IMG/VR virus record: IMGVR_UViG_3300042987_003836
Span: 5,927 to 69,926 of that record
DNA length: 64,000 nt
Strand: one strand, 5' to 3'
From: a virus
Shown here: one piece after another, positions 57,601 to 64,000 of the stretch
Numbering within the stretch: position 1 is the first letter of the stretch
Layout of the letters: each line of letters begins with the position of its first letter
Notes under the pieces: generated by a model
Seen by the model: only the letters and a program-made list of their open reading frames with translations
What the model was told of the DNA's origin: nothing
Databases searched by the model: none
Program-made: the position numbers and the translations under genes

Positions 57601-58537
57601 TGGTAATCTTTTCAACATTATCATTGATGTTATCAAGTACCGTAAGATCCTGAGTCTTTGGAAGAGAAAGATAAGGATTTAACCAAATTCTTTTTAACTC
57701 TTGCGGAGGCTTCTCAACGTCGGAAAGAACAAAAGGATCACTGTCTGATTGAATATTTTTTCTTGAAAATTTTGTTGATACTAGATCTGGTGTGTGGGAC
57801 AAAATATCTCTTTTTACCTCTAAGAGAGACTGGTTCCACAGTTTAGTCTCTGTGTACTTCGTTATATTCTCGGAACTATAGCCAGACTTTTTTAATATTT
57901 CGTACAGGCTTCCAACAGAGTTTTTTGTCACAAAAATAGGAACGGCATAAGAGCTTATATCGAGAGCTTCGTGGGTTCGAGAGGTTATTCTAACAGCTTG
58001 ATTTAAAAATGAATCTTCCTTCGCAATATAGTATGAAAGCTCTTTTTTATTTGAATTAATGAAATCTTTTGTGTCTTTATTTTGATTGAGTATATTGATT
58101 GCGGTTTTTGCACTGATTATTTTTGAGTTTTCCTTAAAGGACAAAGACTTTCCTTGATTGTTCTTTTGATTACCAGAATATATCGGTATAAATTCTGACA
58201 TTAGCAGAATGGAAGGTTCGTTTTCTGAAAGTCCTGTGTATTGAGAAAAAACTTTTTGGTCTTGCCTAGAAGGAGATGCTACTTCCACATCAACTGAATC
58301 TTGAAAGATATTTGGTATTTCTAGCTGTTTGACCAGTATCGGCGGTTTGATTGAAACTACTGGTACTTTTTGAATTGAATTAGATAAATTCACAAAAGAT
58401 AATTGTGTAGGAGAAGCTACTCCGACATTGTTCTGAGGAGAAACAGCGGGTGAGTTGCTACTTACGGGAGAAGCGTGAAGTGTTGTAGCAGGTATTGTTG
58501 AAGCCGTTCCACTAAACAATTTTGAAGATTTAATCAT
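54641..58537 (-). CDS. Large hypothetical protein (1298 aa), probably baseplate region
   Basis: Uninterrupted AT-rich ORF within the operon. Confidence 0.6.
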   Translation of the reverse strand: MIKSSKLFSGTASTIPATTLHASPVSSNSPAVSPQNNVGVASPTQLSFVNLSNSIQKVPVVSIKPPILVKQLEIPNIFQDSVDVEVASPSRQDQKVFSQYTGLSENEPSILLMSEFIPIYSGNQKNNQGKSLSFKENSKIISAKTAINILNQNKDTKDFINSNKKELSYYIAKEDSFLNQAVRITSRTHEALDISSYAVPIFVTKNSVGSLYEILKKSGYSSENITKYTETKLWNQSLLEVKRDILSHTPDLVSTKFSRKNIQSDSDPFVLSDVEKPPQELKRIWLNPYLSLPKTQDLTVLDNINDNVEKITKFDEKKYVNLSDANAEKNIKQKISSSRNFVGLIESFSTSGRDISISANSLFKEGIYSSYILKSENSSNIEYKFGYRSSPTGDNVQIWDHVIGRFPRSVLEFSKNPAGNGKSLVSFSQEITSQGEDSYNVLTFENNIFESAGITPGASYYIDSSLMTKDGVSFDTAKLDQLINKTKEAHETSKTVIEMMGYDIQRVYETAGFDERYRKRYEGLFSLEDLSDRLSSVSLTYQNCLVISNLDEVDSLNTSFMRPGNGLTSDESIGIRLAALVCKAAVYPSKNYEKTSGKLKSLLFLWLLNVSLKQLDPTIDNEATVRELKRKISTHFSSISVSASPRDISAATEESRTFPISTGNSPDVNTYVQTINDSSVVREKKSAFESYIQSVGGRLFEIDANKGIWSEIVGLLKELLMINFFFIGDYTGYSGIAKTGYIFGYFDLILRVIASQTPENLLGSYSSSYEYVSLSKKITISETGLLVDRVSKNQLSDFYNARYIKNGYKPRRYIRKLSDAILFLKSEDDSIISKVAVFRKYLLDLSSSLNSFRTFLKTNFENHISTIKNLYDSDESLSVNQKIFLMNMSFSEEQIRLSRYIMSEISDRIKETNEMEGKLKSIPSLSDFPQGFSEFLPLNETDMVSHTLLSSYFKSVEFLKERGNNKKILSVGIPPRLNRRLRTIMRTASSGEKSVKENLIRMKVYKIDRLHPDIVYLPKSYMFEMNRFPTRVLGNWNYNSLIEDDFNLLNIPSKLICSDGSILSQKDFTEAFPQSIYGNILLDEEKFQVYVNHAVSFLSEEYLRWFTDVHFDESRYFNFSNMSDSLNYSDSQFKKYLEFAKNYSKTQSLSTQIKARFTDPTSKESFEIPVNSPDSDGMAAGTTTSANTKTYTIPMDNTVLSFFSNETFVLNIEDIKRRMVYMKKFDRVFNVIFDPDDFYVDTSVSPKTSVESLKKLGVLVGGDQGSSRKSLSYKNRDTSQEDVTLDEYFVTIEPYDYV

Positions 58538-58539
58538 TT

Positions 58540-61218
58540 TTATTTCCTAAAATTCTTTATCGAATTAAGCTGCTTCACTGAAGAAATGAGAGAAGCGTTC
58601 TTTTCTATTTGAAAGAGATTATCATTTATCTTTGGAACTAATTGATTTGAAATCTTGCTATCTAGAATGGTCGATTTTATCATTGGTACAATCCCATCAG
58701 GAGAAATATAAGCTTCCTGAGAATATCCAGGAGAATCCATGTCAAATTCAGACATAATTGGAACAACTATGTAATAAATTGACCCTAGGTCTTCTTGCGT
58801 GATCTGATGGTATATAAAATTTTTGCATGTTCTTCCGACGAATCCTCGTATTCCATTAACAACTTTCATTACGACAAAGGAATCAACTAAATCGCTTTCA
58901 AGGTCGTCAGAATTCCAAGTTATTTTCATAGTATTTGAGTCAATTCTATCAAAGCTTACCTGACTTATAGAAAAATACTGGGTCGAACCTTCTGTCTGAT
59001 GCTGAGCAGTTAAGCCATAAGACTCAGATGTAAAGTTATCATATGCGTCTATGACAGGAATTCCTTTACTATCGTCTGCATACAATTTACCAACCTTTAC
59101 GGTAGGTTGCTTCCACTTATAGGGAAGATAGAACCACTCTCTACCTTTTGCATCAGTTCCTCTTGCCACAAATTTCTTGAATATTTCAATAGGATTTTTC
59201 TTATATGTAAAAACTTGATAGAGGTAAGCATGTTGGGGGTTGATTGCTTTTACGTTCGACAGCGCTTGAGTTTCTTGATTATCCTTAAAATTTCCATCGG
59301 AAACAAGCTCAAAAGTTTCTCTTTCGGCCGTATTTAAGTTAGTTCTCACTATTTCATGAAAGAAAATATTTGAATATTGTGGAATACCAGATGAATCCTC
59401 TCCCAGCGGAGAAGATGAGTTTGAAGATGGATTTAGATACTGTTCGTAAATTTCTCCAAGCTGATCTTTTATTGTCTGAGTTATCTTTTCATTCTCGGAT
59501 TTTGATACACTTGTTGCTATATCAAAGCTATTTTGATAATAATTTTCTTGAAAAGAAAAATTTTGATTAGTCAAATTAACTTTTATAGATCCTTCTTCTG
59601 AGGGCCCTTTTGTATTTCTAATGACAGCGTAATTTGAAAGACTTGTAATTTCTTTCGTTAAATCATAGGAAAAAGATAGTGCAACAACATAATACTCGTA
59701 CGTTCTTCCAATTTCTGTAGAATCATCTATAATGACTGCACTTATTTCAAATGTATTCAATTTTATTGAATTGACATTATAGAAAGAAGAGTCTGTGTTT
59801 TCTGAACAATCTCTTCTATAAAGAGATAATTGATTACAGTCTTTTGGAATGTTTAAAATGTCTATCTTAATTTGATTTTTACCAAAATGACTTGGAGCTA
59901 TCGCTAGGTTTCCGACCTGCTTATGTCCAGGACCTGCCACAATACTGGTAAAGACATTTGATTCTCTGTTTTGTAAGTCTACGGGTATTACTCTTATTAT
60001 AGAAAGATCTGACCAAGTCAATACTTGCAATTCATTAAATTTTTCATTATTTACTTGTCCGAACTTGTAGTAAGGAGTAACAGTACCTTTGTCATCTATT
60101 GATTTTACATAGATGTTATAGGCTTGAATTTTACCTGATTTTTCTGTGTCTGTTATTGATAAGGTATGAAGATTTTTTAAACTGCTAGAAGATAGTCTTA
60201 GCTCTGGTGGGCTTAATATGCTCTCGAAAGCCTCTACGTGACTCGGCATGTAGAGATCAGCAGTATACGTCTCTTCTATTGTATTTGATCCTGCTTTATA
60301 AAGATCGAATTTTACGATTAAATTAAGATTTTTATTTCCTGATTTAATAGGAACTAATTGTTCTAATTGCAATTCTTCCAAGCTCTTAACAACAGTTCTT
60401 TTACTATACCAAGTTAATGTTTCTTCTATGGGGCTTGAAGGAATATTGTTTAAATAGTACTTTGATATATCAAAAAAGAGAGGCGGTCTTCCCTTTGATA
60501 CTTCGGCAATTCTTTTGTCAGGATTGTCTATCAAAGATTCAGAAGTAAGAAATTTAATTGAATCGTCAGTTATTGGCTGTGTTATGTCGCACAATTCGGC
60601 GTTAATTCTGTGTATGATAGACGTGGGATTTATATTTCCCTGTCTCTGATTGTCAAAAGATAAATTTCTCTGATTTTGTGAAGAATCATTTCTTACCTTT
60701 GCATCTCTTTCTCTTGACTCACCAATGTTTTTCTTGTATTGATCTGCATACAGTTCTATATAGCTGTAGCTATTTGTAGAAAAAATTGCCTCACCTACAA
60801 CAGAAGAAAGCGGCACACTTACTTGAGAAATAAAATCTTCTTTCTTCGATATGTCACTTATGAGCTGAAGACCAGAATAAAGTTTTTTGGATACCTTTTC
60901 GGGCAAAGAAGATCCTTGACCTATCTTTTTATTTACGTTGGTTAAAGAAGAATTCAATCTCTTTTCTGACGCTGAACTTTCAATATTAGAAAAAGATATT
61001 GAGTTTGAAATTTCATCTACGTCTCTTCTTTTAACAGTTATTACTACTTTTTCGTAATTTCTTGGATTTTTTCTTTTATCAGAAAGAGAAATCTTAAAAG
61101 AAAACTTAAAATTAAAAAAGTCACCTTTCTTCTCTACAAGTTCTGCAAAGGTATCATTGTTCACTTTTAATATCGAAGATGATGAATCAATCGTGATAGG
61201 TTTTTGAAATATTTTCAT
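58540..61218 (-). CDS. Large hypothetical protein with FN3-like segments
   Basis: LSLYRR...D...GRTYEYYV; KITWN. Confidence 0.55.
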   Translation of the reverse strand: MKIFQKPITIDSSSSILKVNNDTFAELVEKKGDFFNFKFSFKISLSDKRKNPRNYEKVVITVKRRDVDEISNSISFSNIESSASEKRLNSSLTNVNKKIGQGSSLPEKVSKKLYSGLQLISDISKKEDFISQVSVPLSSVVGEAIFSTNSYSYIELYADQYKKNIGESRERDAKVRNDSSQNQRNLSFDNQRQGNINPTSIIHRINAELCDITQPITDDSIKFLTSESLIDNPDKRIAEVSKGRPPLFFDISKYYLNNIPSSPIEETLTWYSKRTVVKSLEELQLEQLVPIKSGNKNLNLIVKFDLYKAGSNTIEETYTADLYMPSHVEAFESILSPPELRLSSSSLKNLHTLSITDTEKSGKIQAYNIYVKSIDDKGTVTPYYKFGQVNNEKFNELQVLTWSDLSIIRVIPVDLQNRESNVFTSIVAGPGHKQVGNLAIAPSHFGKNQIKIDILNIPKDCNQLSLYRRDCSENTDSSFYNVNSIKLNTFEISAVIIDDSTEIGRTYEYYVVALSFSYDLTKEITSLSNYAVIRNTKGPSEEGSIKVNLTNQNFSFQENYYQNSFDIATSVSKSENEKITQTIKDQLGEIYEQYLNPSSNSSSPLGEDSSGIPQYSNIFFHEIVRTNLNTAERETFELVSDGNFKDNQETQALSNVKAINPQHAYLYQVFTYKKNPIEIFKKFVARGTDAKGREWFYLPYKWKQPTVKVGKLYADDSKGIPVIDAYDNFTSESYGLTAQHQTEGSTQYFSISQVSFDRIDSNTMKITWNSDDLESDLVDSFVVMKVVNGIRGFVGRTCKNFIYHQITQEDLGSIYYIVVPIMSEFDMDSPGYSQEAYISPDGIVPMIKSTILDSKISNQLVPKINDNLFQIEKNASLISSVKQLNSIKNFRK

Positions 61219-61227
61219 TTGATCACC

Positions 61228-62667
61228 TCAGACATCATCATTCCTGTCGTCTCTTGAAAATATAAGCGTAAACATATTGACAAAACAAGTGGTTCCTCTA
61301 TTGTCTAAAAATGTCTTTCCTGCAAAGAAAACCCTGCTAGGGGAAGTGTTTTGAGTTTGTTCATTCATAACATTTCCAAAATCAACGACATCAAGCTTGC
61401 TTATATGGTTGCTTGTAACTTCAAAAATTTGCCCTATGAGTCTGTGCTTTCTAGAAGTTTCTTTGAAGTAAATTGGAGGATGAATATCTTCATAAGACTT
61501 AATTTCATCCATGAGTTTAGAAAATGTCAATCTTTTCTCGTTGTCTCCCCATGACGGATAATTTCCAAGAAGATACGGGGTCAAATTTTCAACTTTTGAT
61601 TTGTCTGGTAGTTGTGAATCAGAAGTCTTAACAATTGGAGGAAGATACATGAAATTTTCAAGATGACTCATCTTGTCATCACTGAAAAGAGAATCTATAG
61701 AATTTAAAGTTGGAGGAGAATCTTTAAAAGATCTGATTGCTTTTGTAGAAGCTCTAGATAGATCGAATGTTATTTCATTGTTGGTCAAAGAAAATTGATC
61801 GTCTTGAAAGAGTCTATCTACAGTTGCTATGGTTTGCAAATCTACAAAGTTATCAAGAGAAGATGTTAAAATTCCTTCTATTTGAGAAGCAAAAGAAGAA
61901 TTCTCTATTTCGTCCACAAGAATATTGCCACCAATGGCACCATTTTCTATTAAGAGCGGTGATGATAAAGTTCCTGTTGCGAATATTTTTGTTCCTACAA
62001 ATGATTCAAGTGTGTCAAGATACACTGAATCGTTTATTGCATTGCAAGAAACATTTGGCCCTCCTGCATTTCTTATAGCAGAGATTGAACTTGAGATTGC
62101 AATACAAAATTCTCTTGGGCCCACGCCGCCTTTAGTTCCAACATATGCTATAAACGGCAAACCAACTGCAGGAGACGAGAAATTAAAACTGCCTCCCTGC
62201 AAATTTGTCTTTACCAGGATGCTTCCTGTTAATCCTGTAGAATCTGAATAAATAAATCCTTTGTTATTGTCATTGACATTTTCAGAAATTAAAGATGCCT
62301 TTATTCTTCTTCCGTGATGATACTGGTAGGCAACAAGTCGTCCGTTTACTATGGATCCTTCAGAAATTTCTGACGGGATATTGCCCCCACTATTTTTTAC
62401 CTTAATATCTTGAGACCTAAAAGGTATTAACTTTCCTTCATCGTTTGCCTCAAATGTTATTTGGTCTTGAGGTAGATTACAGGCTTCAAAATATATCTTG
62501 CCAGTCGGGTCTTGGTGGCCATCAATAAGATCTGGGATGTAAGACACACCTGCATCAGAAAATGTAACATAAGAGACTTCAAAAGTCCCTCCGGCCATTT
62601 GTCTTCTTCCTTCTGCGGTAAGAATGGCATCTATTATTCTTGACTTACTATCTAGGATTCCGCTCAT
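61228..62667 (-). CDS. Probable baseplate/tail protein; N-terminus paralogous to 51860..52609
   Basis: MSGILDSKSRIIDAILTAEGRRQMA...YVTFSD. Confidence 0.6.
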   Translation of the reverse strand: MSGILDSKSRIIDAILTAEGRRQMAGGTFEVSYVTFSDAGVSYIPDLIDGHQDPTGKIYFEACNLPQDQITFEANDEGKLIPFRSQDIKVKNSGGNIPSEISEGSIVNGRLVAYQYHHGRRIKASLISENVNDNNKGFIYSDSTGLTGSILVKTNLQGGSFNFSSPAVGLPFIAYVGTKGGVGPREFCIAISSSISAIRNAGGPNVSCNAINDSVYLDTLESFVGTKIFATGTLSSPLLIENGAIGGNILVDEIENSSFASQIEGILTSSLDNFVDLQTIATVDRLFQDDQFSLTNNEITFDLSRASTKAIRSFKDSPPTLNSIDSLFSDDKMSHLENFMYLPPIVKTSDSQLPDKSKVENLTPYLLGNYPSWGDNEKRLTFSKLMDEIKSYEDIHPPIYFKETSRKHRLIGQIFEVTSNHISKLDVVDFGNVMNEQTQNTSPSRVFFAGKTFLDNRGTTCFVNMFTLIFSRDDRNDDV

Positions 62668-62716
62668 TGCTCTCTACCAAAATATGGCGAGACATCAATA
62701 TCTGACCACGTTTAGA

Positions 62717-64000
62717 TCAAAGAATCTTAGATGCCAAGGTCGCCAACTCACTTCTCTCTCCCTTCAAGAGGGTCACATGTCCTGAGATGTCATATTCTTT
62801 AAACTTTTCAACGGCATGTGTGAGTCCATTTGTAAATGTATCGACATGATTATTATCGATCTGTTCAACGTCTCCCGTAAGAACAATCTTTGTTCCCTCA
62901 CCCGCCCTGGTCACAATTGTCTTGAGCTCGTGCATCGAAAGATTTTGAGCCTCGTCGATAATAATGAAGGCGTTAGGAATGGAGCGTCCACGAATGAACG
63001 TAATTGCCTCAACCTCGATAAGACCCTTTGATTGCATTAATTCAAGAAAAGGATCTTTGCTAAGACCTGATACACCGCTCCCGCCTACGAGTTCATCTGA
63101 CTTCTTTCTGCCGCGGGACTGACCCTTCTTTCCAGACTTGCTGCTTAAAAGATATTCAAGATTATCTCTAATGGGAGCAATCCAGGGCTCCATTTTTTCC
63201 GCAAGTGTTCCTGGTAGGAATCCAATATCTCTTCCTACAGGTTGCACAGGCCTAGAAACTATTAATTTTTGGTATGGACCGTCGTTTCCCATGGCTTCTA
63301 GCTGTTCAAGACCTGCTGCTATGGCAAGAAGTGTTTTTCCGCAACCTGCTTTTCCTGTAAGTGTTAGCAGCTTGATGCTAGGATCCATTAGAAGCTCAAT
63401 AGAAAAATTTTGCTCTTTATTTCGTGGTTTAACTCCAAAGACTTGATCGATTTTTCTGAAGTGGTGGAGCATATCTCCTTTAACACGACAAATTGCAGAC
63501 TTGATGGTATTTCCTTCTGCATCGACTGACTTAATTACAAGTATTTGGTTCGGATACAATTTTTCATTTGTAACATTGTCTACGTGTATCGAGTCTCTTG
63601 CGTAGAACATCTCTACAACTTCATAAGGAACAACAAAAACCTTGACGCCCGTATAGAGATGTTCTGCGCTATCAGCAGCTCTGTTAGACAAATAGTCTTG
63701 AGCTTCAATTCCAAGAGAAGAACACTTGACTCTTACGTTAATGTCTTTAGATACTAATATTGCGCCTGATGTTTCTCTTCGAAGCATCAAAACAAATCCA
63801 ATAATCATGTTGTCAACAGAAGACCCGAGAACAAGTTCTGGTGGGAGAAGAGCGCTGTATCCCGTAGGAGAGGACATCACTTTTAAAGTTCCACCACACG
63901 GAAGTGAAACTCCATCTCTTAGCGATCCTGATTCACTAATCTTGTCAAGGATTCTATTCACTTCTCTAGCTGCTCTTCCAACTTCATCAGAGCGACCTTT
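62717..64000 (-). CDS. phoH: PIN-PhoH (PhoH2-like) ATPase; 5' end lies beyond the right edge
   Basis: Frame stays open to 64000 (KGRSDEVGRAAREVNRILD); LVSKDINVRVK PIN motif; GKAGCGKT, IGFLPG...EK, RGRSI, DEAQN, LTGD..QID. Confidence 0.88.
   Translation of the reverse strand, partial: KGRSDEVGRAAREVNRILDKISESGSLRDGVSLPCGGTLKVMSSPTGYSALLPPELVLGSSVDNMIIGFVLMLRRETSGAILVSKDINVRVKCSSLGIEAQDYLSNRAADSAEHLYTGVKVFVVPYEVVEMFYARDSIHVDNVTNEKLYPNQILVIKSVDAEGNTIKSAICRVKGDMLHHFRKIDQVFGVKPRNKEQNFSIELLMDPSIKLLTLTGKAGCGKTLLAIAAGLEQLEAMGNDGPYQKLIVSRPVQPVGRDIGFLPGTLAEKMEPWIAPIRDNLEYLLSSKSGKKGQSRGRKKSDELVGGSGVSGLSKDPFLELMQSKGLIEVEAITFIRGRSIPNAFIIIDEAQNLSMHELKTIVTRAGEGTKIVLTGDVEQIDNNHVDTFTNGLTHAVEKFKEYDISGHVTLLKGERSELATLASKIL

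Noticed and set aside
1-64000. Stop-codon reassignment as in some large phages
   Set aside because: Conserved genes are full length in the standard code; TAG (30447, 47600), TGA and TAA all end genes

Overview
The window is part of a large T4-like contractile-tailed (probably jumbo) phage genome in the standard genetic code, with most genes on the minus strand. Reading the minus strand from right to left: PIN-PhoH (runs off the right edge); an AT-rich block of probable baseplate/tail genes; gp4-like nuclease, RuvC, primase and a fused Mre11-Rad50 (gp47-gp46); a free-standing endonuclease; terminase, portal, prohead protease, scaffold and gp23-type major capsid protein. Then come an opposite-strand islet (DenV-like glycosylase, J-domain protein, protein kinase), a complete phage tmRNA (tag ANDNGYAALAHAA) followed by a second endonuclease, about 18 kb of modular Gly/Ser/Thr-rich fibre genes, an opposite-strand LamG + patatin pair, neck genes (gp13/14/15-like) and the 5' part of the tail sheath gene. 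The most notable signals are: (1) a shared N-terminal leader (MKI/LTxxxLR/KxII/VxEE) on several unrelated proteins, including the kinase, which may be a capsid-targeting system; (2) a candidate late promoter ATANTTA upstream of many structural genes; (3) a 17-bp hairpin that hides a ribosome-binding site and contains its own promoter; (4) a probable nested internal start in the scaffold gene; (5) apparent leaderless genes; (6) a GC-rich patch whose edges lie inside genes. All product calls come from motif recognition by eye; no database search was run.
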